Origin: a virus
Virus record (IMG/VR): IMGVR_UViG_3300022928_002150
Span: 1-64,000 of that record
Strand: one strand, 5' to 3'
Length of the DNA stretch: 64,000 nucleotides
Shown: positions 17,001 through 24,611 of the stretch, in pieces
Layout of the letters: each line of letters starts with the position of its first letter
Numbering within the stretch: the stretch's first letter is position 1
The notes under the pieces: model-generated
Database searches by the model: none
What the model was told of the DNA's origin: nothing
What the model saw: only the letters and a program-made list of their open reading frames with translations
Made by a program: the position numbers and the translations under genes

Positions 17001-18980
17001 TCTAGTTTAACACATATTTATGAGCTATCTGATTATTCCTTTAGGACTACTATAGACCATAGTCTGGTAGGTGTAGTAGCAGATAAGTTTGCCCTTAATA
17101 CAAACTACCTTATTACAGGGTCTAACCAGCACGGTTATTTATCGGTATGGAGCACTGTAAGTGGCGCAAACTTGTATAGCAAACCTATTATTTCTTCTTC
17201 CGGTAAAGATATTGTTTGTAATGATAAACAAGTAGCAGTAATTACTGGATCAAGTGATGGAGTAAAATATTACGATATTGCTTCAGGACTAGAACTAGCT
17301 AATTTTAGTGTTGGTAGCTCTTTTCAATCGGGAGCTATGTATAAAACTAAATTAATACATAAGAGCAACCTAGGAGAAGTATTAAACTATAATTTAAGTG
17401 GTATTAAGACTAACACTAGAGCAGCAGATTGGGTAGGTATTAATGAATCTTTAACATATGATGGAGACATAGCAAAAATTAATACAGGGTCTGGTGTTAC
17501 TAGCTCTGTAACTAATCTTGTTACTGGTTTAAACTACTATGTGTCTATTGACGGTAGCTTATTTCCCGGGCCTACAGGATTTGGTAAAATAGGTAGAGCA
17601 ATAGATTCTACCACTATATTAATTAGCTCTAATACTAGCAATATAGATTTGGACGAAGAAAGTACAGCCGCTCTTATCGCAGGAATAAACGATTTAACAG
17701 ACGTTGATATTTTTACTTCATTTCCCGCAGATAATAATTTCTTACAATACGATTCGTCCTCAGCTCTTTGGGTACCTGGTACAGCAGCTATTACTCTGCT
17801 GAATGATGTTACTATATCTAACTTACAAGATAAAAATTTATTAGTATATTCTACAGACACTAGTTCCTGGGAAAATTCTTCAATATCTACATCAGAGTTA
17901 TCGGATGTAGATTATACAACACCAATCGAATCTGGCCAAACGCTAGTCTGGGATGGAAACACAAGCTCTTTCAAACCTGGAGTTACTGATAGATCAATAA
18001 CTAGTTTAAATGACGTAGACGATCAGGCACCTAGCGTAGGACAAATTTTAATATGGGACGATATATCTACCCAGTGGGTAGCCCAAGATAACGTTAGTAC
18101 TTTAGAAGGCTTGACGGATGTTGATATTTCGGGGGTCAGTAATAATCAGTTCTTACAATATAATAATGTAACATCCCTTTGGGAGCCAGGAGATGTAGCA
18201 ACTTCTATAGCTGAGTTAACAGATGTAAATGTAAGCGGCGGTATAACAGATGGCCAATATTTAGTATATAACTTAAATACTAGCGTATGGCTTCCGCAAG
18301 ACTTACCGGAATTTGCTGCAGCAATTGTTGACTTAACAGATGTAAATGCGGATTCTCCAACACAGGGGCAAGGACTAATATTCGATGATCAAACTAATAA
18401 ATTTGAGCTCGCAATAGTAGGCACTTCCAATGTTGATACTTTAGATGACCTATCTAATGTGTCAGTGCCCGCCCCAAATGATGGCGATGTTTTAAAATAT
18501 AATTCAAATTCAAGTGCTTGGGAAGCTACGCCGACCCCAAGCCCAGCAGTAATCTATGCAACTAGAGCCTCGTTTCCTTCTTTAGGTAACTTAGGTGATT
18601 TATCTTTTGCACAGGACACAGGCGCACTATACGTATGGGAAGGTACAGTTTGGTATAATCTAAAGAGAACTAATGCGTTCTACTTAGTTCGAGCCGGAAA
18701 CTTTACTGGACCATTAGAGGGTCAACAGGTATTTCAACCACAGCAAGCAATAACATTGCATGAAATAAGAGCTCAAGTCGATCAACCGTCAGGAGAGACT
18801 CTTATTTTTGCAGTTATGAAAAATTCCGTAGAAGTTCAACAATTTGTAATGCCTTCAGCGCAAGGTATTGTAGAGGCTGCTTTTACTAGCGGAGTAACTG
18901 TAGGTTTGGTGGATGAAATAACTCTTGACATAATATCAGGACCAGGTACAAACTTGTCCGTGAAGTTCATTTACTCATAA
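5037..18980 (+). CDS. giant 4647-aa virion fibre/adhesin-like protein with LxDLxDV repeats and FG-GAP-type beta-propellers
   Basis: one uninterrupted ORF; dozens of L..L.DV...G..L.W.G..W.P repeats; FG.SVA...VGAP...G.VY.Y blades. Confidence 0.8.
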   Translation: MALVLRLVKGTELTFTELDGNFTYLNTTKYESGDDAQFGQLNFSTLSDGVLQILAFTNDPTLNSIDGSVILPTEEAVKSYVASYHTNNPYSFSELNDSSGAGFLGAVLIHDGSNYVPKALEITDFSDFDVSTVSDGSILAYDAQTSLWTATSAAALSSVYLNDLVNVNVTGASENDVLAFDGSFWVSTSPVLEIENLTDVNYLTTPKAGESLIYDDVLEQWIPGTPATVGKLTVSAALNTNITAGKAVTVGRQNNRTVVFPISYLPPEFGQSETVGNQLGAQTHSLWLSSQKKFIVAFINATTGAGEFVIGEVDDDGVEITMDTTVHEFATGVGGEFSVTYDIATTRVIFAWKDIITNIGYTRVVTIAGFAVSMSQFPIDFSLGEAIGSHSVSSDTQSGNLIFHYADNSLNGGGVGIGRVGEIDGLDVLFQPPTAFTTREVYDLHTVYAPTTNRHVTVFTDQISEGYSMVTLLTGVFATYRTPRTFDDDLSFPFVTILPDGSSCWVAYKDNTVSPPRGKVTRFTASATGTSTVTDNSLYSRYFFEDGTGSGPTPYNMSNIRPAVLASTTDRAAVILWGRENSDTNDIELFTTTIAYSEWSGRPIVDIDGAEAASDDTYDSFIINGSIHPASTSGLTESRMIVPLDLATGVRAITYGNNPVTNIKDWFGIADESFSSGSSDYNSGIITILGGQTKVTSWIGGSQPSNFVPGTPIYIDNSRLYRGSLRTSDVGSGAIGISIDASTVLITGDVEPNPSIAGIPKSITELEDVDTLSTAPLSQQFLQWNTNAQKWVPAYASVTGQISNLDDVDTYNGFEAGIPKSHLLAWDNFNIEWVPKSINQILIDEPVELGELSNVNFVQVNDGDLLTYNGPTQTWISSPVNLETDLGDINDVDLTTGLATGTYLQYDGANWVPGQAVSTMPRFRDLADTGGQWSGQQGMVPIFNTTGTYANQFTLGFVSNFGGIGDLFDVDTSTISPQPGQSLVWNGTKWAPATITGGGGGSTGGGDTGGGTTTTPSPNPDGGGGSTGGTVETEDGDIIEIPSLDVDEDIEEPIETGTGFVSETVTNTDTVPATDVIPENVKPGDLFQTPSLSKPYPVVYSISEDRTELTLSENISTSQFEAIIFATPPVYQVVATTGTVEVGQGVVGTESTSEIFLDTPLPEEIVPGHAVYIGSNVNIPIVSGISGDRLSFAVSYDIDITAGATIIFKVVIPMAISQDVGSFVNNNPAGTTGSNTIVLNDPVGPDVEVNHYVMHSELESAPRVVFISTDRLSITVNKNVDALVDGQFITFGSTTSKQQEVTFTLAELSDTDIQTAALQDGEVLLWNYENQVWTTSDVQLSNSLDALNDVRIDNPQEGQILRYTTLADANRYENIDPSFGAGALADFNYNIANQASNNILTWHAPSSAFISTPIGEVMRASDYTMNNLADVTGVPFDGSALVYDSNTGFYSSASFPDSIYDLADVAGLPEPSDALVWNGASWSPAPIPRALEDLNERSIFLLNQLNENGFQNLGNTPSSKFLKWTGTTIDTVVTGSIEGIGLRLEDLDDVSITEPYNSDFISWDPDTNSWVTRSVEGAVISIGLDVLTDVDFQAVPPQNRNTLEYNASTGEWRPATRSGVANYIAAENLSAGDLLALRSDGEVEKIAEIESSVSSIFQASGSPSVSSDYYGKSVFVSDDYYIVGAPGYEYLTVGGKVEIFSTSTNTLVQTINNPNATANDKFGESVSISSQFFTIGAPGYDSNAGRIYVYSLPGFILEHTIDNPNAATSTLDDQFGFRVQNTNTYVAVTAINEEPQSLSDTNSGTVYVFNTATGNQLGFVENPSPSITGFGSAISISTSGDLAIGSPSEEKVYVYEAATLSSIYTISNPGGAGDFGSSIAISSDGRMVVGAPTADTGSGKLYIYNLNNGDFNYTLNNPNRNADVPTGDNFGSSVAVTTEYILASASGENVGSVYLFEAASGAFRNEFLSDEGATNINWGFGLALTNDYLIIGSPRLTVAGTGKIATFASDSFIESNAGDWVGISEQSVEATQQVTVTTVGAVNKFVSGLTINKNYYIDGRGFITETETDYGVLGKALAADELLITGNVVSAETGVTYINDIRDVDTVTVPPSNNQGLVWDSANNRWAPKNIGYSNITTFGGLTDTSVGGVQAGQGLKYSGSSWGLATYIEAGTLSLSSLSDVDTSGVVDNAALVYSLQFDEWQASVIPIPATINDLNDIDLSTVSAVNNDVLVYNANSELWEPGQVSRVSALGDLIDVDLASQPPVQDNVIAYQAGVGWTPVQITNITVTQLDNMDDVRTAGLYAPVPGETLIWNGIEGVWEPGSPALDTISIGSLSDVDTTPGTASEPSFGEFLAWDGVNWSPGSTAPTAATLNSLLDVEVIANPAKEKEVLTYDATTQKWYPRAGHSGGIENFIANGDISDGDIVSITPPGKVKKTGQEPFLPAWNVENPTIFGTATSDQFTSAVVASGDYIIAGAQYEDEIEGSSSGVVYVFNNFGTQQYYIKNENINNPVTGDRFGNSLDASGNLLAVGSLLADDLTGYNQGAAYVYRLATGTSPSGDLWLSIQNPDGTNNAQFGTDVAISDYNGEARLAVGAPLEDMSDQYSEAGCVYFFDPDIGVGDPQYGFLYRIDNPNTVGSISGDYFGQRVSLTQDRKYLAVTASREGTTSVKGYVYIYDVSSDSLPVLLHTISNPNPGGGSDATHGFDIVWDRNPSIKRLAISAPEQDFTGANEGLVYIYDVTDEACTLINTIQNPDTYPLPQGDEFGYSIDMKDNKILVGARREDQGYIGGVYTNAGKAYYFEADTGTPIAYFDNPNIYGNSTTEYFGSSVAIGNDKLYVGAPFARNTISGDFNSGHLTAFDINITSNASSWIGVAFEDILDGDVGQVTLFGGIAHNQVNLLPGQNYYLNIDGTLNSSPTNLGIFGKALSANDILITGDVESNTADQVNNLNDLGDVTAFASDGQALVWNAQSSQWVAGDAAGGVSSLSDLDDINLPIPSNIQTGEVLTWNAVSQSFVNAVTGSSNVDVLDDLTDVDLSSVLPSALQILQYNGSIWSPQDLPEGQRITGIAAEQILQGGLVVLNSSGQFENPTITAGELVSSFPSSSDLGLFGHTIAEEGGRVAVSAPYHRIGPNSGVATGLVRIYDTDNSTLIRTLQPSLSLTTPAAWRGETNQAFGFAVAIKDDYAVVGSPLKDLDAVNSGVVYVYRISSGTLIAVLESPEPLLQGQFGSSVAINSTYVAVGAPRVDIGNNALVGKVYRYPISLLESSEYGIPEGETEARWDPLLVPDFTFNNNNDDGGTGGDLFGSALSATDTYLSIGAPGEDTGGQLSTGRIYVRNINTGSTIHTLQDTNIGSNGLGFTFEMDDSIIVAGTPDFNGGLGRVLVYSTTSGAVLAEINSPDQIGDKFGRSVGLGSSQIVVGSEANNDVLGYNDSGKFYSYNRASTTSYPLYAAFENPGYVVNPSGSLFGFSVAVTNSGRAIVGAPYNDNVQGTQQFPATDRGVFFIYDVTLQATQSNAADWMGIAEQTAVTGEQLEVVILGGKTSSIYSNLVPGEYYYAGADGSLTLEETSYGIVGPAASVSEILILGSISGVSDMADLADVDFSAGLVPQHGLTWNGQKWVASYVSTVTNLLDLEDVNLLDSPPEDAQGLVYDNNTSKWVPANIGYSNVAQFSDLNNVDVSNATVGQSIEWNGVNWIPTTFSSVNSINDLTDVNTTTLKVDYDILTWSESADEWIIDKRNFGNFLNLEAYAPTQPIQAGDPVYITDDGKVAAIKGTETVLGTESLVNTLYPPVSNSNFGTNLAVSKDIIVVGNPYFTSGNILSTGRAYIYNATSGQLLYTLEPPTDYSLQSFGWGVATNGSEVAITAKESPSNNDYGRIYLYDAYTGALLRQIVNPEDSVSTNGPFAQHNSVVMTSSYLIVGNSNWRDATLGTTPGKAYVFNIFTGTQEYSFNNPNPSNGADFGRYINIDESESIISITDTGTGSSLTHIYELSDYSFRTTIDHSLVGVVADKFALNTNYLITGSNQHGYLSVWSTVSGANLYSKPIISSSGKDIVCNDKQVAVITGSSDGVKYYDIASGLELANFSVGSSFQSGAMYKTKLIHKSNLGEVLNYNLSGIKTNTRAADWVGINESLTYDGDIAKINTGSGVTSSVTNLVTGLNYYVSIDGSLFPGPTGFGKIGRAIDSTTILISSNTSNIDLDEESTAALIAGINDLTDVDIFTSFPADNNFLQYDSSSALWVPGTAAITLLNDVTISNLQDKNLLVYSTDTSSWENSSISTSELSDVDYTTPIESGQTLVWDGNTSSFKPGVTDRSITSLNDVDDQAPSVGQILIWDDISTQWVAQDNVSTLEGLTDVDISGVSNNQFLQYNNVTSLWEPGDVATSIAELTDVNVSGGITDGQYLVYNLNTSVWLPQDLPEFAAAIVDLTDVNADSPTQGQGLIFDDQTNKFELAIVGTSNVDTLDDLSNVSVPAPNDGDVLKYNSNSSAWEATPTPSPAVIYATRASFPSLGNLGDLSFAQDTGALYVWEGTVWYNLKRTNAFYLVRAGNFTGPLEGQQVFQPQQAITLHEIRAQVDQPSGETLIFAVMKNSVEVQQFVMPSAQGIVEAAFTSGVTVGLVDEITLDIISGPGTNLSVKFIYS

Positions 18981-18992
18981 AGGAGATCAATT

Positions 18993-19271
18993 TTGAGCAA
19001 TTATAATATTAGGTGTCTAGTTCCCGTCTTCGGAGAAGATGGCGAGCGGGCAAAAGATGAAGATGGAATAGGCTTGGACGAGTTTCGAGCTCTGCCAGTA
19101 GAGGTAGTATGGGAAGACCCATATTACATATTTAACTGTGAGGACCCTTTAGTTCCTTGGGGTAATAGCGTAGGAGTTGCATATAGCAATCTGGATGCAA
19201 AAATTGCCATAACTTCCGAAGAAGAAGCTGTGTCTGTTTTTTGTGAACGATATGAAGTGGAGGTGGTATAA
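18993..19271 (+). CDS. hypothetical acidic protein
   Basis: AAGGAG RBS, TTG start, operonic. Confidence 0.7.
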   Translation: MSNYNIRCLVPVFGEDGERAKDEDGIGLDEFRALPVEVVWEDPYYIFNCEDPLVPWGNSVGVAYSNLDAKIAITSEEEAVSVFCERYEVEVV

Positions 19272-21221
19272 ATGGCTAAAATTATAGACTATCAAGGTCA
19301 CAGCGGGCAATTTTGTGTATTTGAAGACCCTCGTGTTTCAAGTAATGATTTCTTTTTGTTTGACGCTCAGCACGACTTCAGTACATTAAGCCCTATTTAT
19401 AATAAAATGTATGGTACCAGCGCGGCGCGATCGAATGGAATTACCGGCACCAATGCGATGAACCAAAGAAGTAATACCAGTCTTACAAATGGTAGGTACC
19501 AAATTGGAAGCTTGATGAAGCCTTGGACAGAGTTTAAACAGTACACCAGTGTCTCTAGTAACTATCTTAATCAGGCTACTAGAAAGTTTGATATTTCAAT
19601 GGATAGAAATAATCCAGCAAAAGCGGGAGCTTTTGTAATTAATAATGGATCTAACGATGCAGTATTTCATTCCAGTGGTAATAACACTACTCAGGCGTAT
19701 TTTTACATAGATAGTTACAAAATTAGTTCTGATCAAGGATTTAATGATATTCCTTTTCAGGGAGGAGTAACCACAAACACCATCACCAGTTCACCATTCA
19801 ACTCTAGGGCTTACAGTTTTATACTTGATTATTATCAACCTACCTCGAGGCTGATTTGGAGTAGAATGAATTATGAGAATAATACTAGTAGTTGGTATAG
19901 ATATGGTTTCGGTCTTATACCTGTTAGTTGGCCGACTGCGAATACACCCCAGGCCGGATTCATACTTACAGCGTACTCCGAGTTTTCATATCTTGGATTC
20001 AGTGAAGTTGATGGTCTACCTCACTGGCTCATGGATGATTGGAGCGGTAGCAGGAGCGTAGATATTCAGAAATGTACTTCATCATCGTTGAATACGTCGA
20101 CGATCGTCAAGACCACTGGAGGCATTACTAATTCAAATCTTGCGTTCCAGACCGGCGGCGCTGATCTAGAAGGCCTTGCATCTGATGGTACGATGGTTGG
20201 CGACGTAAATGGGAGGATGTACGGTAGTTCTACTTATCAAACGCGAAATAGGCCTACTAAATATTTTACTGATCCACGAGATGTCTCAGGGAATACAGTG
20301 CTTTGGTATACCAACTATGTAGACGAAGAAAGTAACTTTCATCCAATTCTTTGGACGTGGGATAAGTCGGATGACACCTTCAAGTTCCAAACAGATACGC
20401 AAATGAATCCACATGCGGGTGCTACGGTGGGATTTACAGGCAAATCATCAGAGGTAGACGCCTGGAATCAAACAAACCTGTTTGAAGGAGCTTACACAAC
20501 TTATATGTTTAGTGCTAGTACTAGTGAACAGAGTATTACGGGTGCTACACTCTTACATATGTTTGAATTTGGGGGAGAAAGATATCTAACATATATATGG
20601 GTAGATGAGGCGCGAGCTTTTACTTCCTCTACTCTGTTTCGTACTATGCTTACTTGGAAAATAGATGCTGCAGACCCTAGAGTATTTACTTTTCATAGTA
20701 AACATGTTTTAAATGTGCCTTTTCAAGAGTATATATTTTTAAATGATGAAGAAAGTTTAATGGGTTTAAAAGACTATTATTCTTTTCAGATTTATGCTTT
20801 TAACTCAGCTACTGGGTGGGAACAAGCTAACTCGCTTCCTTTTGATGTAGGCTCTATGGGAAGAGACAGTACGGATAGAATATGGTTTATAAAAGGCAGC
20901 ACATCCTTAGGTAGTACAAGCTATCCCGAAGTTCATTTGCTTACACCTACTTTACCTTTAACTGTAACAGTAACTCCTGCACAAACTAGTTATACCTATG
21001 CGGGCTCGCAGATACCCTCAACCGTTGATGTTAGCGCTTATAACGCTACGGGAGATAGAATATCTACAGATGTTAAACTATTAATAGAAGGAACGGGTAT
21101 GACCTTTACTGGAGGAGTTACAGTATTAACAGTAACGACTTCAGCGGTTGCTGAGCTAGCAGTAGATATATTTATAAATAGCGCAGGCTTTTCTAATATT
21201 ACAGCTAGTGTAGACGTATAG
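19272..21221 (+). CDS. putative virion structural protein (beta-rich, C-terminal Ig-like segment)
   Basis: 649 aa, GGAGGTGG RBS, S/T/G/N-rich beta composition. Confidence 0.6.
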   Translation: MAKIIDYQGHSGQFCVFEDPRVSSNDFFLFDAQHDFSTLSPIYNKMYGTSAARSNGITGTNAMNQRSNTSLTNGRYQIGSLMKPWTEFKQYTSVSSNYLNQATRKFDISMDRNNPAKAGAFVINNGSNDAVFHSSGNNTTQAYFYIDSYKISSDQGFNDIPFQGGVTTNTITSSPFNSRAYSFILDYYQPTSRLIWSRMNYENNTSSWYRYGFGLIPVSWPTANTPQAGFILTAYSEFSYLGFSEVDGLPHWLMDDWSGSRSVDIQKCTSSSLNTSTIVKTTGGITNSNLAFQTGGADLEGLASDGTMVGDVNGRMYGSSTYQTRNRPTKYFTDPRDVSGNTVLWYTNYVDEESNFHPILWTWDKSDDTFKFQTDTQMNPHAGATVGFTGKSSEVDAWNQTNLFEGAYTTYMFSASTSEQSITGATLLHMFEFGGERYLTYIWVDEARAFTSSTLFRTMLTWKIDAADPRVFTFHSKHVLNVPFQEYIFLNDEESLMGLKDYYSFQIYAFNSATGWEQANSLPFDVGSMGRDSTDRIWFIKGSTSLGSTSYPEVHLLTPTLPLTVTVTPAQTSYTYAGSQIPSTVDVSAYNATGDRISTDVKLLIEGTGMTFTGGVTVLTVTTSAVAELAVDIFINSAGFSNITASVDV

Positions 21222-21223
21222 TA

Positions 21224-23773
21224 ATGAGTGTCTCGGTTGCTACATCTAAAGTTATTATCGAAATAGGAATACTGACGGAGCAATATACTCCGTCAGCTCT
21301 TGATCGCCCGAAGACTTTTGACGATTCGGTAGCTTCTGTTTTGGTTGTAGACCAACCGGGACAAATATCCGTAGGCGCCGTAGAATATGGTAGCACTACT
21401 ATAGCTACTACTAGACAGCAGTACTACGTATCACCCCCTTCTTTTTCTCAAACAGACATTGAAGTTATTGATAATAATTTAGCTACTCAAATACCTATTT
21501 CTGCTATTTTTCCTGCAAGCCCTACAGTAACTACGCAGTATCCTCGTAGGATTTTATCCCCCTATAACGTATACTGGGGGGAAGAAAGAGCTCAAGGCCC
21601 TCAAGCACAGGTATTTGTAACGGAAGAAGATATTAGATCTCCTGTCGTTGGGGTGTCTACTCAACTAAACATAGGAAGAGATAAGCTGAGAAGTAGGTTT
21701 GTAAATGGAGCAGTAGAGGCGGGTTTATCGTCCTCTACTAGTGTTTATGTAGCTCCTATTTTATCAGGTTTTAATGAAACTATACAACTAGGTCAAAGCC
21801 CTAATATTCGTATGTCTTACGATTATCCATGGGCTTCAGGGCAGAATATATCCGAACTAAGACCTAGCGGGGCTTCTGGTACAACTACTACTTTTGAATC
21901 CGTAGAAATTACATCAACAATATCCCCCTTTGCTGTACCCTTTCCGACAGGAATTTATTCTAATCAAAACGGGCCCGTGAGCGCAGTATACGAATCTGTT
22001 CAAGTTGCTGCTGAACCAGCACACAGACCTACAAGCATAGCAGGAGGTCTAGAAGACATAAGCTCTCCTACGGGAATAACTGCAACTAGTAGGGTTGCTA
22101 CAGGTACGGGGTTTGGAATACTAAATCCCGATGCGGGGGTGTATGCAAGATTTATTAATACTAAACTCAACCCCCAACGAGAAGGAATAGCGTTTAAAAT
22201 TAATGGTGCAGCTATATCAAGAAGATATTTAAGAGTAACTTTTGATTATTACAAAAGTTTTAATGGTACTGCGTATGAGGGTGCTTATCCTCATATATTT
22301 GATGCAGTCATTGGAATTTCAAGTGCCTATAATGGTATACCCTTTAATGCATTGGGGCAGACTGCTCAAAGTTTTCCAACCTTGAATCACGATGCAAGAG
22401 CACAACTACGCCGTAGATTTTATGACAGCATAACGGACTCAGAAGAGTATAGTGCTATTCTTTTGAGTAACGGCGCTCAAACAGCAGATGTAAGATCGAG
22501 AGAGGATAGTACAAATAATACTTATACTAATATGACTATTTTTGATTATCAAAATACTGCGTCTTTGACTGATTTTTTCCCTGCTCCTAATGAGACCACA
22601 ACTGATAAAACTACCGCAAGAATAGTGTATTTAATTGACTTTCAGACTGGCGATCACTATTTTTATTGTCGAAATAAGTATTTAAAGACGACTCTTGAAT
22701 TAATTTGTACGGAAAATACGGGGTTGACTAGTTATGACCAAAACAAAGATACCTATCTTTTATGGGGGTTAAGTCCTTTTGCATATGATACCGACTGCTT
22801 TGTATCTAATGCTTATATAAATCAAATTCATATTACTATGGCGGACACCTGGGATACGGTCGATATTCTAACAGATCCTATGGCGGAACCTACTGGTAGT
22901 TATTCAAATGTTCTTAGAAGCTGGGAAGAAACAGAAGACTCCCCCAACGACCTCTTAAGTGCAGATCAACAGGCCGGAGTAGAAACCACAGAACCAACGC
23001 CTATATCTCCAAGAATAGATTTCGACTTAAGTAAAGTGCCTGCATTTAGTCCAGGAACTGTATATATGTATCCCCAAGTTAAAATAGCTATCGACCAACC
23101 TTGGCCTGGAGATGCTTTTTCTGGAAATAAATGGTCTTTGAAAGAAAGACCTATAAGGGTTTCTATAGGAACTGCTTACTTTACATATCCCTCATTTGTA
23201 TCATCCAATACTACAGGGAAAGCAGAAGTTTATGTAGATTTACCTGTAGAAAAACCAGATATTGAGGCCATATATTTATACAAGCAAAAAGTATCTATAA
23301 CTAACAATAAAAGACAAAACTTACCTAATGTAGCACATAACAGTGCAGAAGCAGAAGTTTATGTAGAAAGCCCCCTTGTAGTATCTACCATAGAAGATAA
23401 TGCTGTATTTGTTGATAGGCAATCCTTGCCGATTATAACAGGCCTAGATAGATACTTTAACCCTGTTAATAATTTTAATAGTATTGATATTATTATTCCT
23501 ATTGATAACATAGATTTCAACGCCGTAGAGATAGCGCCTTTAAATTTTGGCTATGTTACTTTGACAGCTTCTTACGACCGATATGGATATTATTTTATTG
23601 CTACACAGCCCAGAGTGGCAAACGCTACTGTTTTTACTTATGCTCCGGGAGAGGAGTTAGTATTTTTCGAAGATCAATATGGCGTAACTAAATTTGGCTT
23701 AGCAACAGACTTTTTTGAATTACCAGCAGGTGCTGGAGGCTTTAGCAGTTTTGAACTGCTAATTAGTGAATAG
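21224..23773 (+). CDS. putative virion structural protein (849 aa)
   Basis: long operonic ORF, P/S/T-rich. Confidence 0.55.
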   Translation: MSVSVATSKVIIEIGILTEQYTPSALDRPKTFDDSVASVLVVDQPGQISVGAVEYGSTTIATTRQQYYVSPPSFSQTDIEVIDNNLATQIPISAIFPASPTVTTQYPRRILSPYNVYWGEERAQGPQAQVFVTEEDIRSPVVGVSTQLNIGRDKLRSRFVNGAVEAGLSSSTSVYVAPILSGFNETIQLGQSPNIRMSYDYPWASGQNISELRPSGASGTTTTFESVEITSTISPFAVPFPTGIYSNQNGPVSAVYESVQVAAEPAHRPTSIAGGLEDISSPTGITATSRVATGTGFGILNPDAGVYARFINTKLNPQREGIAFKINGAAISRRYLRVTFDYYKSFNGTAYEGAYPHIFDAVIGISSAYNGIPFNALGQTAQSFPTLNHDARAQLRRRFYDSITDSEEYSAILLSNGAQTADVRSREDSTNNTYTNMTIFDYQNTASLTDFFPAPNETTTDKTTARIVYLIDFQTGDHYFYCRNKYLKTTLELICTENTGLTSYDQNKDTYLLWGLSPFAYDTDCFVSNAYINQIHITMADTWDTVDILTDPMAEPTGSYSNVLRSWEETEDSPNDLLSADQQAGVETTEPTPISPRIDFDLSKVPAFSPGTVYMYPQVKIAIDQPWPGDAFSGNKWSLKERPIRVSIGTAYFTYPSFVSSNTTGKAEVYVDLPVEKPDIEAIYLYKQKVSITNNKRQNLPNVAHNSAEAEVYVESPLVVSTIEDNAVFVDRQSLPIITGLDRYFNPVNNFNSIDIIIPIDNIDFNAVEIAPLNFGYVTLTASYDRYGYYFIATQPRVANATVFTYAPGEELVFFEDQYGVTKFGLATDFFELPAGAGGFSSFELLISE

Positions 23774-23782
23774 GAGAGTTAG

Positions 23783-23995
23783 ATGAAAAACATAACTAAA
23801 CGTAGAAACAGGTGGCTTTTACCAGATGGTAAAGGTGGAATTCTTTCCTTTAAATCAGAAAAAGAAGCCATAGCAGCAGCTATGAGTAAAGTTTCTGTAA
23901 AAAGTCCGATTTTGGAACCAAAGTCGGAAACTGAGGCGCACGATGAGTGCGAGGACTGTGCATGTGACCCATGCGAGTGCGACGAGGAGGAGTAA
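23783..23995 (+). CDS. hypothetical protein with C-terminal Cys cluster
   Basis: AGGAG RBS; CEDCACDPCEC. Confidence 0.7.
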   Translation: MKNITKRRNRWLLPDGKGGILSFKSEKEAIAAAMSKVSVKSPILEPKSETEAHDECEDCACDPCECDEEE

Positions 23996-24075
23996 TGAGC
24001 TTAATTAATAAGTACCATAATGGAAAACCTTGGAGTAAGAAGAAAAAGCGTAAAACTAAAAAAAGGAGAAGATAG
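23995..24075 (+). CDS. basic micro-protein, 26 aa (MSLINKYHNGKPWSKKKKRKTKKRRR)
   Basis: read manually; TAATG coupling and GGAGG RBS. Confidence 0.6.
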   Translation: MSLINKYHNGKPWSKKKKRKTKKRRR

Positions 24076-24237
24076 ATGGCTTCTCGGGGTTTGTACGCAA
24101 ATATAAATCGTAGAAAAAAGAAAGGTATAAGTAGGTCTAAAAAGAAATCTACTATATCGGCTAAAGCTTATTCTTTTATGAAGGCGGGGTTTAAAAAAAG
24201 GAAAAAGAAAAATGGCAAGAAAAAAAAGAAGCGTTAA
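24076..24237 (+). CDS. basic micro-protein, 53 aa (MASRGLYANINRRKKKGISRSKKKSTISAKAYSFMKAGFKK...)
   Basis: read manually; AGGAG RBS; abuts the previous stop. Confidence 0.65.
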   Translation: MASRGLYANINRRKKKGISRSKKKSTISAKAYSFMKAGFKKRKKKNGKKKKKR

Positions 24238-24517
24238 AAAGAAACACCCGGCATTAAAAAGAGCCGGAGTAAGTAAATTTAATAAAGCAAAAAGAACTCC
24301 AAAACACCCTAAAAAGTCTCATGTAGTTGTTGCTAAAGTAGGTACCAAAGTTAAAACAATACGCTTTGGTCAGCAAGGAGTTAGTGGTTCCCCTAAAAAG
24401 AAAGGGGAAAGTGCTTCTTACGCGGCTAGGCGAAGATCTTTTAAGGCTCGTCATGCTAAAAATATTGCGAAAGGCAAAATGAGCGCAGCTTACTGGGCTG
24501 ATAAGGTGAAATGGTAA
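24212..24517 (+). CDS. highly basic phage protein (101 aa)
   Basis: KSHVVVAK..KTIRFGQQG...SFKARH...SAAYWADKVKW, a motif set familiar from aquatic phages. Confidence 0.8.
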   Translation: MARKKRSVKKKHPALKRAGVSKFNKAKRTPKHPKKSHVVVAKVGTKVKTIRFGQQGVSGSPKKKGESASYAARRRSFKARHAKNIAKGKMSAAYWADKVKW

Positions 24518-24543
24518 ACACCTAGGTATACCTAAAGGTGGTT

Positions 24544-24583
24544 AAAAATATATATTGACAATTATGTCAATAAGTGATAGCAT
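24544..24583 (+). promoter_or_regulatory. late promoter with inverted repeat over -35
   Basis: TTGACA-N17-TAGCAT; ATTGACA-ATTA-TGTCAAT dyad. Confidence 0.55.
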
Positions 24584-24611
24584 AGCTATATAAAATAAAA
24601 AGAGAAACTTT

